From Catajapyx aquilonaris (taxonomy: Eukaryota), in contig KZ538493.1 of assembly GCA_000934665.2 (NCBI GenBank), positions 46,558 to 66,557 of the forward strand: 20,000 bases of DNA. The letters run 5' to 3'. The position numbers and the translations under genes were made by a program. Below, one piece after another: positions 8,701 through 18,452 of the stretch. The first letter of the stretch is position 1. Every line of letters begins with the position of its first letter. The notes under the pieces are model-generated. The model saw only the letters and a list, made by a program, of their open reading frames with translations, was not told where the DNA came from and ran no database searches.

Positions 8701-11150
8701 TCCCACTTCCAATATTTTCACTAAGAAAGGCCCAAATGCCTTCCTGCCCCCCATGAGCGAATACGTCTCTGAGCTTGTCTATTGTCACACCTGCTGCAGC
8801 CATCTTGGCTATAATACCCTTAGAAATGGAACCAGCAAGTGGTGCAAGACCCAGTGCAATTTGGGCATTCTTGGCCTTGTCCTGTTGACTGCGCACAAAC
8901 ACTGATAATGGCACACTATGGCTGAGCAATGCACTACCAATGTCCAATGTCTTGCAGACACCTTCTAGTGCTAGCACATCGGAAGTAGCTTCGTGGGCTC
9001 CACTCGCATCATATCCGGCAACATATTTTTCTGCCAGAGCTGACAGCTTGTAGGTGGGCTCCTTCTTCCACTTCTCCTTGTCTTCTTTGTGGAGAGACCT
9101 CATCAGTGGAAGCGTATCAGCCACACCCCATACGACACCTTCAAAACTACTGCCAAGTCCATTGCGCTTCATTGCATCCAAAAGTCTAGGTACATCAAAG
9201 GCAAAAGCATTGTGCCCCGCCAACACAACATTTTCCCCAACACTGCGCAAGAAATCAAGGAACTTCTGCAAAGCATCTTCCACAGGTAATGCCGCCACTC
9301 CTTGACCACGGTGGAAAAGTTCTCCATCCACTACTGAGAGTCCTGTGATGGCACTTGCTGTAGCTGAGATGCTATGGGATGGTTTGGCATATACACTAAA
9401 GGGTGGGGTTCCAGAACCAGCGCATTTACCTGCGACCTGAATAATTTCACAATTCCTGTGAAGCCCAGTAGTCTCGATGTCGAAATACACCAGCACTCTA
9501 TTATCAAGCTCTGGACATGCAGATCCTGAGGGCAAGGTGGAGGCATCAGGGGCCTGAAGAAAGCCAACATCTGCCAGATATGAGACTCCTTCCCTCTGCT
9601 CCATACCTCGCCGTTGTTGGCTTCGTTGCTTCTTCACGAAGAGCCGCCTTGACTTGTATCTTTCTGAATTCTTCAGAATTCTGATCCGGTACCGTAGAGC
9701 ATCTTTTCTTTTCCTAGCTTTCTCTGTCAAGATACCTGGCGACATGGACAGCTTCTTGAAAGTTTGGCTGGAATACGCAGTCTCCAAATTTTTCTGACTG
9801 ACAGCAGCTGCCACACGGCTGTTGAGGCTGGCACTGCCTCCGTAAAACTTTGCCTTGGGAGTCTTGCTGATGACGATGCTATTGAAGCTCTCATTTGCTT
9901 GGCTTGATCCCCCCGGGGCAAGTTTTGCCATCGGCACCTAAGGCGTGAATGAGCTAGTTACGAACTATTCATACTGAATTACGGAAAGTGGACACAGTCT
10001 CTCACCTGCTTCAGCTCCCGTATCACAGCACACAAGCTTCAGAGGCAAGTACGGCACACCAACGCCCCAATTTTCGTGCACACCGGCAGCGGAACCAAGC
10101 AAAATCAGTCGAGAAATACTGCTAGAAAAATCCACCGACTAGCACTAGTTTTTTTCTTCGTCAAACTCCCCCACCCTTGTGGGTACCAGTTCACGAATCG
10201 AATTATTCGAATCCACCGGGCAAAGACGTCACATACTGCTACGCGATAATTGGCCCGGACCTTTGCTGCGTTGCCACTTCTATCTGTCACACGCGTACAT
10301 ACCAACTGAACGTGTTCCAAATCCGACACAAATGAAGAGCTACAAGCACCCCTTTCGGAACTAAACTTTTTAAAATGCCATGACAAATTGGGACCTCGTA
10401 ATTATGACCGAATAAAATCGATTTCCATCCAAAAAAAATAATATTAACCATACCTCTAAATTCCATGAAAATGGCGCCTGCGCACAAAAACTTCCAGCCG
10501 GTAATAGGCCCATATTAAATTGAGTTTAAAACACAGATTAGAATGGAATGCATAGGATTGAACAGCATTTACTGCTGCATCGGTTGCGTATGTTTCCCTG
10601 ATTTTAGCCCTTCTTATTAACATTCCAATTCTAGACTCTCATTTGATTAGCAAGTCGCTTCATTTCCACCTTAAGTAATGCAGAGGAAGCAGGTCATACC
10701 AGGCACACAAATAAGCCTGCAATATTTAAATGCGAGATACGCTAACACAGTCACCTCGGTATATACACTATGCGATGATTGTGTTATGATTCCGTCGGAG
10801 CTTCCTGCTGGAACTGGCCCACTCCGCATGTACTCTTCCGGTAAGAACTCTTGAAGAAATTCTTCACCTCCAGCGCCTTTATGGAGATAATACGAGATCA
10901 GTAAGACATACTGCGACACAGTGACTAATACCCAACCTGCTGCAGGTCGTGTCCTCCTTTCCGTCAGGATGAACCCTTCTATCCTGGCCATCCTTTGGTC
11001 CATCTGAGTCATCCTTTCGTCCATTTCTACCATCCTTTGGTCCATTTCAGACATGGTCCTTTCCATCCGGTCAGTCTGGGCAAGGCTGCGCTCCAGGAGG
11101 GTCACAACGTATGCCAGGCTTGTGTTGGGGAGTGATGATAAGGCGGCCAT
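5756..11150 (-). CDS. Coiled-coil + C2H2 zinc-finger protein, gene D (exons 11150-10937, 10876-10755, 6750-6607, 6511-5756; ~411 aa)
   Basis: The ZF exon has 5 canonical C2H2 fingers with TGEKPF-like linkers plus one C2CH finger. Exon 6750-6607 (..VKSEPDD..) has a clean AG/GT. The exon number and phases (1,0,0) are the same as in genes A and B. The join across the 4-kb transposon-filled intron is inferred from phase and paralog architecture. Confidence 0.75.
7062..7364. mobile_element. Two adjacent small related MITEs (7062-7222 and 7227-7364), possibly PIF/Harbinger-type
   Basis: Ends GGTACGTTTACATG..CATGTAAACGTGCC and GCTGCGTTTACATATG..CATGTAAACGAAGC. The facing ends form a 29-bp inverted repeat with 2 mismatches (7190-7218 vs 7231-7259). 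TSDs are unclear, so the superfamily is tentative. Confidence 0.6.
7562..7645. repeat. Near-perfect 84-bp hairpin
   Basis: 30-bp arms TCCCACTGCTATAGTTACTGCTAACTTAGC / GCTAAGTTAGAAGTAACTATAGCAGTGGGA (1 mismatch), with an inner stem CAGTACCA-acac-TGGTACTG. Confidence 0.85.
8038..8465. mobile_element. Tc1/mariner-type MITE (428 bp) nested in the TTAA element
   Basis: TA|CAGGGTGTATCTGAACTCAGTGCCCCGACGTATATGACTGCCTTCCTAGCCAC ... exact reverse complement ..CACCCTG|TA. TIRs are ~110 bp and the TSD is TA. Confidence 0.92.
8639..9937 (-). CDS. DEDDh (DnaQ-like/TREX-like) 3'-5' exonuclease with PML/Plex9-like C-terminus, preceded by a transposase C-terminal remnant (terminal exon, 432 aa)
   Basis: ExoI LVYFDIETTGL, ExoII LAGHNAFAFDV and ExoIII AHEATSDV are all intact. 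The tail ISKGIIAKMAAAGV..L..GGQEGI..L..GKPRVT resembles the region following the exonuclease fold in PML-like proteins. The N-part KLAPGGSSQANESFNSIVISKTPK..RVAAAV is typical of metazoan 'Mutator-like' transposase C-termini. Acceptor CCTTAG at 9938; a 68-nt intron lies upstream (10005-9938). Confidence 0.88.
   Translation of the reverse strand: MPMAKLAPGGSSQANESFNSIVISKTPKAKFYGGSASLNSRVAAAVSQKNLETAYSSQTFKKLSMSPGILTEKARKRKDALRYRIRILKNSERYKSRRLFVKKQRSQQRRGMEQREGVSYLADVGFLQAPDASTLPSGSACPELDNRVLVYFDIETTGLHRNCEIIQVAGKCAGSGTPPFSVYAKPSHSISATASAITGLSVVDGELFHRGQGVAALPVEDALQKFLDFLRSVGENVVLAGHNAFAFDVPRLLDAMKRNGLGSSFEGVVWGVADTLPLMRSLHKEDKEKWKKEPTYKLSALAEKYVAGYDASGAHEATSDVLALEGVCKTLDIGSALLSHSVPLSVFVRSQQDKAKNAQIALGLAPLAGSISKGIIAKMAAAGVTIDKLRDVFAHGGQEGIWAFLSENIGSGKPRVTNSARVIKSVVGFFNK
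10989..11051. repeat. 3 x 21-bp tandem repeat encoding coiled-coil heptads
   Basis: CATCCTTTGGTCCATCTGAGT / CATCCTTTCGTCCATTTCTAC / CATCCTTTGGTCCATTTCAGA, encoding SEMDQRM VEMDERM TQMDQRM. Confidence 0.9.
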
Positions 11151-11247
11151 GGGTTCGACAAGCACAGGGGCGGCCACGGGGCAGTAAAAGTAGGCGAACG
11201 AGGCTCGAAATAGTCGGAAATGGAAAAACGTTCTATTTCCAAGAAAC

Positions 11248-11299
11248 AGACGCCATATTTGTTGGGGCGCATTCGGGTGGTCGCTAAGTTGAACAGTTC
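11248..11299 (-). promoter_or_regulatory. Conserved 5' motif block of gene D
   Basis: Plus-strand AGACGCCAT..GGGCGCATTCGG..GAACAGTTC, shared with 15075-15135 and 18251-18311, each ~100-190 bp upstream of the coiled-coil ATG. Confidence 0.55.
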
Positions 11300-11618
11300 G
11301 TAATTGAGCTACTGTGAGTGTGCTGCCATCTCTGAACGGAATGGCGAAACACATTACTGTAAAGCGAAATACAGTAGCATTGTTGATGGCCCACTCACTT
11401 GAGATACATTGTTGGCATGATCCCACCAAATCTAAGATGGGTTATCATCAATCCATACCCCATGCCTGATTTGCAGAAATTATATAAAACTCTTCAATGA
11501 CGGCTGGGAAATTCATATAACATGAATGCTGAGGATCTGAAAAGACATTTATTTCACACAAATCACAATCACATGTTGGAAAATTCTTTGGGTGTGCAAG
11601 TGCAACACATCAAAAATG

Positions 11619-12294
11619 CGAGGGTGGTACAAAAATGATGTACAATTTATTTATTTTTGACAAAAAATTCAGGGTCGATGCAGGTAGGCAAAATAATAGC
11701 CACACACTATCGACATAACCCTCCTGGAGCCTCTCCAGGCCCCGTAGCAACCACTTTTTGGAGGTGGTGAGCAGCCACTACCGACGCACCACTACCGGAC
11801 AGCTGCTCACAGTCACCAACTATCAACAATCTGAACAATGTCCTCAAATGGCGTCAGTGAAGGGATTTTGTCATGGATCTTGCTTTGACACCCACTGCCC
11901 AGATATGTCTGGTGAAAAGCAGAAAACGGCTCGAAAAAGCGAAGGCGTCGGCCTGACGGGGACAGGATTTGAACTCCGGACCTCCTGCTTAGCTGGCCAG
12001 TAGTATAGCCACTAGAACCACCATGCTCCCCGCCTCCAGTGACTTTCATCTGTTCGAATATATTCAAAAAGTCCCTTAGCTGATGCCATTTCGAGGACAT
12101 TGTTGAGAGTGAAGAGTTGTCTGGGAGTCGGTAGGCCTCACAACCAAAAAGTGGCACCTGGAGGGCCTGGAAAGGTTGACCAGTGCGAGTGCCAGTGCAT
12201 TCGGCTGCAGGACGATTCTATATAACATGTGTGCCTATTTGCCAACCTGCATGGGCAAAAAAACATATCGTAAATCATTTTGGTACCGCCTTCG
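11619..12294. mobile_element. Degenerate mariner-type fold-back MITE with long imperfect TIRs
   Basis: CGAGGGTGGTACAAAAATGATGTACAAT vs ATCGTAAATCATTTTGGTACCGCCTTCG|TA. Further inverted blocks: 11676-11710 vs 12222-12253, and 11834-11870 vs 12066-12102. The left flank is TG (mutated TA?). Confidence 0.72.
11955..12030 (-). other. tRNA-derived sequence (SINE head / pseudo-tRNA) in the MITE core
   Basis: Minus strand GGGAGCA-TGGTGGTTCTAGTGG (A box) ... GGAGTTCAAATCC (B box)-TGTCCCC with tRNA-like spacing; the stems are imperfect. Confidence 0.7.
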
Positions 12295-12602
12295 TACTTA
12301 AACATAACCCATATTCAGGTGTTCTGTCAAGTTCTGCTTGTCCTGGTCTTGTATTTCACTAACGTTCTCCTACATGTATGAGTTTTTTCATTGATTAGAT
12401 TACCTCACTTGAATATACCTTAGATTTTGACAGAGATCATGTGAAACTGAATAAATACGAAAACTTTTGGTTTGCAGGAGTTTTAAATTAAACAATAACT
12501 TAAGTTGCTTCCTCAGAGCAGTACCATACAACATCGGTACTGAAATGTGCTTTCTCAAACTCTGAAAAGTTGTTTTTCTTGCTGCGAATTTCTCCCAATA
12601 CC

Positions 12603-14971
12603 TCAAGATCGAGTGTGGCTTGCACTTGCTGTATGAAGGCGTCGCACATGCACATTCATGTTATGCTTCAAGGTGAAAGTACGATTGCAAAATTGACAAG
12701 AATATGGCCTTTCTCCAGTATGTTTGCGCAAATGCTTAATCATGTCAGATTTTGCAGCAAAACGTTTATGGCAGACATGGCAAGTGAATGGTTTCACACC
12801 TCCGTGAACCATTCCGTGATACTCCAGCTGCTGATAGTAGCTGAAAGCCATCCCACACACCTCACACTTGTAAGGTTTTAAACCAAGGTGAACAGCTTTC
12901 ATATGAACAGATTGATAATATTTTGTGGTGAAGCTGGCACCACATAATTTGCAATAAAATTTTGTTTGACTCTCTCCTGGATGGAAATCATCACGTGCTG
13001 AATGGGCCAACTGATGAGAAGCAAATTCTCCCTTGCCATTGGTAGCATATGAACAGACTTTGCAACAGAATAAAGCAGGTTTTGCAGCCCCTTTCTCTAC
13101 CTTTCCTTTCCTCTTGCATCTTTCTTGGGTACACTCAGTCTCAATTGCCTGGAGATGATCTGGAGATGCACTTCCTCCAGAGTATTCACCCTGTACCACA
13201 AAGATGTTTTGTTGTCCTGACTGAGACATGTCCATAACCTCCTCTTCTTGTTTAACTATCACTTCATGAGACTTGATGCATTCTTCTAGAGCAGATGGAT
13301 TGTGGAAAGTTTTGTTGCAGATGCCACATTGAAAAGGGTCCCTGGATGGCAGCTGGCTCTTTGGAAAGAAATGGATAAATATTAGTGTCAATCAGTCATG
13401 AAAATCCTGAGATGCTGTAATTAACTTGAAAACTTTATAATAAGCAAGGCCATGCCCCCCAATTCTTCTGATTTCTGCCAGCTTAATTATTGTGTCGTGG
13501 TCCTATAATAACACTTTGCGCAACCCACCAATCTCCTCCTGTCCGCACTATTTTTATTACAAGCATCATCCCAGGAATAATGTAGTTGCTCCAAGGCAGT
13601 ACACTCACATCCTGATGCCCAGGCGGATGCAATTCCACTTGTCCATTGAAGGAATCATTCACATCATTACTCCGGTAGAGGGATGGGTTTTCAGCCACGC
13701 AGCAATCAATATCGGACCTGCTTCCTTCAGTTTGTCGCGTCAGTAATTCAGTCATCTCTTGCTTCCAGTTTTCCTAAAGGAAAATAACATCATTAATTTC
13801 AATGTGAAGCAGCAAAATGCCTCTCCATTGCAACATGTACAAGTGCTTCAATCAAATGATTTAATTCAGCAATACTTCTGTAGGCTTATGGTTCACTCTC
13901 AAATACTCTTCTTTTCACTAAACAAGTTTGAACAAGTTATTTATAAATCTTGGGAAACAGATGGCTGTGTCATACCTTAACCATGGAACCGGGACGTAGG
14001 GTATTTAGGACCCCAAAGGAAGTAAAAATGCAAAATGCATCGCAATGAGTGACCTTGAAACGATAATGACCTAAAACTCCGTGTATTCCTTAAAAAAACT
14101 TAATTTCATGGATCAAATCTGGTTTCATAATTTTCACACCTACCAAAATGTACATAAGTCGTTGTTTTTGGACCCATGCTCTCGTGGGGTCCAAAAGGAG
14201 ACCCACGTCACGGTTCGGGGCATACACGAAAGAAAACTCTCCACTAGAAAATTAAACTGTTGCCATTTTCAAAAACAGTATATAACAGAAAGTGCATGTT
14301 TATTTTGAATTAGCGATCATTTTATACATTGTTCAAAGAATGATTGCATGTAGCCAACACATTGAAAAGTATTATCAAAAAATTAATAAAAATAAAAATA
14401 TGGCATGTCACGGTTAATGTCACTTTCAGGCATTTCACGATTCCAGGGTTAACACCACAAAGGCCAAACCCATGATCTGAAATGCAGCATCATACGACAC
14501 CGACATTTGCTTAATCTACCATAATAATCCTCAGAAGAATTACAGATGAAGCTTACCTCCACCTCTAAAGTGTGGTTCACTAATTCAGGCTGTCCAAAAA
14601 GTGCCCCATGCATGTCAAAAGTAGCAGAAGTTCCTTGATGAACTGGTAGATGCTGCTCTGACAGACCTTCTTCAATAGTCGTATCAGAGCTTCTTTCATG
14701 ATGCACTTCTGTAGGGGGTAAAGAGTAAACGGTATTGTATACTTTACAACAAAGACAATAGGGCTTGAATTCCCAACTCAGAGCTACACCTAACCTTCAT
14801 CATGAGTTGTCTTCCTCTTCCCTTCCTCTTCCCTCAGGATGAACCCTTCTATCCTGGCCATTCTCCTGTCCATATCCGCAATGGTCCTCTCAATCCTGCC
14901 AGTCTGGGTCAGGCTTCGTTCCAGGAGGGACACAACGTGGGGCACAACAAGGTTGGTTGTTGGGTGGCCAT
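12603..14971 (-). pseudogene. Coiled-coil + C2H2 zinc-finger gene B with 5' frameshift (exons 14971-14795, 14708-14557, 13773-13609, 13358-12603)
   Basis: Exon-for-exon paralog of gene A. Exon 1 is 177 nt vs 175 nt: an extra TG near 14944 gives TGA at 14909-14911 after 20 codons. The other exons and splice sites are intact, with one C2CH and five C2H2 fingers. An in-frame ATG at 14873 could rescue a shorter protein. Confidence 0.75.
13981..14448. mobile_element. piggyBac-like MITE in intron 2 of gene B
   Basis: TTAA|CCATGGAACCGGGA ... TCACGATTCCAGGG|TTAA (11/14 TIR match), with internal GGACCC/GGGTCC motifs. Confidence 0.68.
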
Positions 14972-15074
14972 GTCCTCCTCAGCAATATTCCAACAAGCGG
15001 TCCTTCAGCAGGGAATGGAAATGGGAGGAAAAGGAAGCGATGGCAGAAGAAGGAAAGAAAAACCAGAACTAGAC

Positions 15075-15135
15075 AGATGCCATGTTGGGCGCATTCGGAT
15101 CGACGGCACTTTACCTCCAAAGAACTGTTCAAAAT
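15075..15135 (-). promoter_or_regulatory. Conserved 5' block of gene B (putative TSS / short non-coding exon donor)
   Basis: Nearly identical to 18251-18311; minus strand TTTTGAACAGTTCTTTGGAG|GTAAAGTG..CCGAATGCGCCC..ATGGC. Confidence 0.55.
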
Positions 15136-15298
15136 GTAAATCATTTTCTGGGTTGAATATGTCACAATGCCCTTCGCAATTAAAATATAACATCTTCAAA
15201 AGTGGGCTGGATAAATCCATTAAATATGTACCTCAAAGTCAGGAAAGTCAGGAGAGTTCAAGAAAGGCCCCCCCGATACATCAAGATTGGGTGTGTAT

Positions 15299-18124
15299 TC
15301 ACGTTGTCGTATGAATACGTTGCACATGCAGAGTCATGGCATGATTCCAGGTGGATTTATGATTACAAAATGGGCAAGAACATGGCTTCTCTCCTGTATG
15401 TTTACGCAAATGCTTCTTCAAATCAGATTTTGTAGCAAGACATTTAAGGCACACGTGACAACTGAATGGTTTCTCACCCGTGTGGACCATTCTGTGACGC
15501 TTCAGATCATGAGATTTGCTGAAAGCCTTCTCACATACCTCACATTGGTAAGGTTTTAATCCAAGGTGAACAGATTTCCAATGATCTGATAAAGAGTATG
15601 TAGTGGTGAAGCTGGTACTGCACAATTTGCAGTAATATTTTGATTCACTCCCTTCTGGACGGACCTTACCATGCGCTGAATGGGTCAGCTGATGAGAAAC
15701 AAATTCTACCTTTTCATTGGTAGCATATGAACACACTTTGCAACAGAATGAAGCAGGTTTTTTGGCCCCTTTCCCTCCATTTTCTTTCCTTCTGCATCTT
15801 AATAGGGTCCTCACAGTCTCATTTGCCTGGAGACGCTTTGGAGATGCACTTCCTCCAGATGTTTCTCCTTGTACCACAAAGCTGTTTTGCTGTCCTGAGT
15901 GAGCCTGCATAACCTCCTCTTCCTGTTCAACTTTCACTTCATGGGACTTGATGCATTCTTCCAGAGCAGATGGAATGTTGAAAGTCTTGTTGCAGATTCC
16001 ACATTGAAAAGGGTCCCTGGATGGCAGCTGGCTCTTTGGATAAGAATGGATAAAAATTACTATCAACCAGTCATGATAATAATCCTAAGATGCTTCTGTA
16101 AATAACTTGCACACTTTATAATAAGGGATAAAGATTATCCATCCCTTCCAATTCTCCACGTTGGAAGAAATCCACATGATCGCTTATGTTTGAAATACAG
16201 ATTTCACCCCTTCTGATCCGTCTTTCCTGCAATTCATTAAGCTAATTATGCCATGTACATCCTTACAAACTTTTGCTTCCTTCCCTAAACCAGCAGGCAG
16301 GCAGAATAAATTGAAGCAAGCTGCACAAAATTTCCGCTGCCATTATGACACTTTTGGCAGCATGATGTGTCATAGTCCTACTGCAACAGTCTTCCCAGCC
16401 CACTAATCCCCTCCTGTCCACATTATTTCTCTTCCAAGCAGCATCCCCATAATCATGCATAATGTAGTTGTCCCGAGCCAATACACTCACATTCTCATGT
16501 CGAGATGCATGCAATTCCACTTGTCCACTGAAGGAATCACTGGCTTCATGACTCTGGTGTAGGGATGGGTTTTCAGTTACACAGTCAACAGTCACATCAA
16601 CGCTTCCGTCATATTCTCGTGTAGGTAATTCTGGCATATCCTGCTTCCAGTTTTCCTGCAAGAAAATAACTCCTTTAGTTTTAATGTAAAGCAGAAAGAT
16701 GTCCTTGCATTGTAATATGCACATATCATCCAACAGGAACACACAACAATTTTTTGTGACTATGAAACACTTTGGTACAATCAAATGTCAGCCATAAGGC
16801 ACATTCATAAAACCACTTCTTTTTTTAAAAACTTTAACTGTATAATTTTTTTAACAATGTTGCAGGAAACTGAAATGGATTTGTGAATGGACCTTGAGCC
16901 AGTCAACATCCCAAAGGCCTAACCCATGCACAGTGTGTCCAAATGCGGGATTGCTTGCACAACAATGGAAAAAGCAAATTGGCCGAGTCCTGTCAAATCT
17001 GCCCTAACGTAAGAAATTAATGTCCGAACAATAATAAGAATTTCTTTGGTAGGTTCCATTGATAAGGGTTTTATACCAGGCAGGTATACTCATGTCGAGT
17101 GTTTGCCTGCCACCGTTTTGTGCATATTCAGTCAACTTCTAATGGTCACGGAAGAAAGGTCACCGCATTTCCACATTCAGGCTCATCAGGATTTTGAGCT
17201 GCGCATAAAATACCTCTGGCTAAGTAATACTAACTCTCTTGCAGCAATTTGAATGTGACCTTGAAATGTTGGCAGCAGTGGTTCTTTTGTTGAGGATTGC
17301 ATTATGCGCATATCATAACATTCCTCTCATTTTAAAGACGAAAAAGTGGATTTCACAAAATTTCACTTCAAATCACACATTAAAAGAAAGACTAGACTCC
17401 CCAGGTATAGATTAATTCGTTTCAATGTGGTCACATTTTTCTAAAAGGAGGTCAGATTTGTCAAGGGAGCAGTTTGCTACCCTGACGAAATAGGTGCATG
17501 AATCTATCATCACAAGGTCGAATGTAATCGTTCCTTCTGTGCGTCAATGTGAAATGCGCTACTTTTGTCTTAAAAATCAGAGGAAAGTCGTGACAAATAC
17601 GCTTGGAAGTGGGAGCCATTGTCCAAGCATTCACGCATTTGGGCCACACTGTGCCATGGCCTGAAATGCATCGGCATGCCACCCTGACACTCGCCGGATA
17701 ATTATGACATCTGGAGCAGAATGCTTACCTCAACCTCTAGAGGGTCGTTCACCGCTTCCGCTTGCCCCAAGTTCCCTCCGAGATTATCCAAACCTGGGCA
17801 GGTCCCTCGATGTAGAAGCTGCTCCGATTTGCAATCTTCAACCGTAATATCATAGCCTCTCTCATGATGTAGTTCTGTAGGGAATAGACGGTATTGCATA
17901 TGTTCCCACAAACGCAATGGGCATAAATAGGGCTTGAATTCCACCCAACCTGCATCATCAGGTGTCCTCTTCCCTCCCTCCTGTTCCTTCAGGATGAACC
18001 CTTCTATCCTGGCCATCCTCCTGTCCGTCTCTGCAATGGTCCTCTCAATCCTGTCATTCTGCGCCAGGCTTCGTTCCAGGAGGGACACAATGTGGGGCAA
18101 CCAGGTTGGTTGTTGGGTGGCCAT
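15299..18124 (-). CDS. Coiled-coil + C2H2 zinc-finger protein, gene A (exons 18124-17950, 17874-17729, 16655-16491, 16033-15299; 406 aa)
   Basis: Canonical GT-AG sites, phases 1/0/0, open throughout: MATQQPTWLPHIVSLLERSLAQNDRIER.. / ELHHERG.. / ENWKQDMP.. / SQLPSRDPFQC.. with one C2CH and five C2H2 fingers and TGEKP linkers. Confidence 0.87.
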
Positions 18125-18250
18125 GTCCTCCTCAGCAGTGCCACCAACAAGCAGGGCAGTCTTGAAGAGGGGAGAATGATGAGCCAGTGTCCAGAGGAAG
18201 GGAGGAAAACGAAGCGATGAGATGAGAGAAGAAAAAGAAAGACAAGAAAA

Positions 18251-18311
18251 AGACGCCATGCTGGGCGCATTCGGTTCGACGCCACTTTACCTCCAAAGAA
18301 CTGTTCAAAAT
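18251..18311 (-). promoter_or_regulatory. Conserved 5' block of gene A
   Basis: Same block as 15075-15135; lies only ~140 bp from the stop codon of gene C, whose AATAAA is at ~18426-18431 on the minus strand. Confidence 0.55.
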
Positions 18312-18452
18312 AGATACGCCTCTTACGATCGACTATCGACCAAACGAAATGTATGTGATTCTGAATAAGTAGTTCAAACTTCTTCAATGTTGGCTGGAAA
18401 AATCAGTGAAATGCGTATCAACATTTTTATTGCAGTACAGTCCCCCAGAGGT

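Larger units (their letters stand above)
7370..10670 (-). mobile_element. 3.3-kb TTAA-flanked DNA transposon derivative (Kolobok-like termini) carrying a DEDDh exonuclease
   Basis: TTAA(7366-7369)|GGTGGAAATGAAGC(7370-7383) ... GCTTCATTTCCACC(10657-10670)|TTAA(10671-10674), i.e. perfect 14-bp TIRs. A TTAA TSD with RR..YY ends is the Kolobok pattern; piggyBac ends begin CC. The internal ORF begins with the transposase C-terminal motif SSQANESFN..SK.PK. Confidence 0.8.

Noticed and set aside
8639..9937. Bacterial dnaQ or horizontal transfer/contamination
   Set aside because: It has an upstream spliceosomal intron, a transposase-derived N-part and a metazoan-type tail, and is embedded in animal genes.
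7370..10670. piggyBac assignment based on TTAA
   Set aside because: The termini start GG rather than CC, and the protein remnant is not piggyBac-like.
10671..11429. Single-exon 252-aa protein (likewise 17702-18259, 16263-16784)
   Set aside because: These ORFs read through short in-frame introns and UTR; conserved GT-AG sites in paralogs define smaller exons.
11955..12030. Functional tRNA gene
   Set aside because: The acceptor and anticodon stems pair poorly and it lies inside a MITE, so it is treated as tRNA-derived.
18298..18308. Heat-shock element in GAACTGTTC
   Set aside because: The spacing is GAA-n3-TTC, not nGAAnnTTCn.
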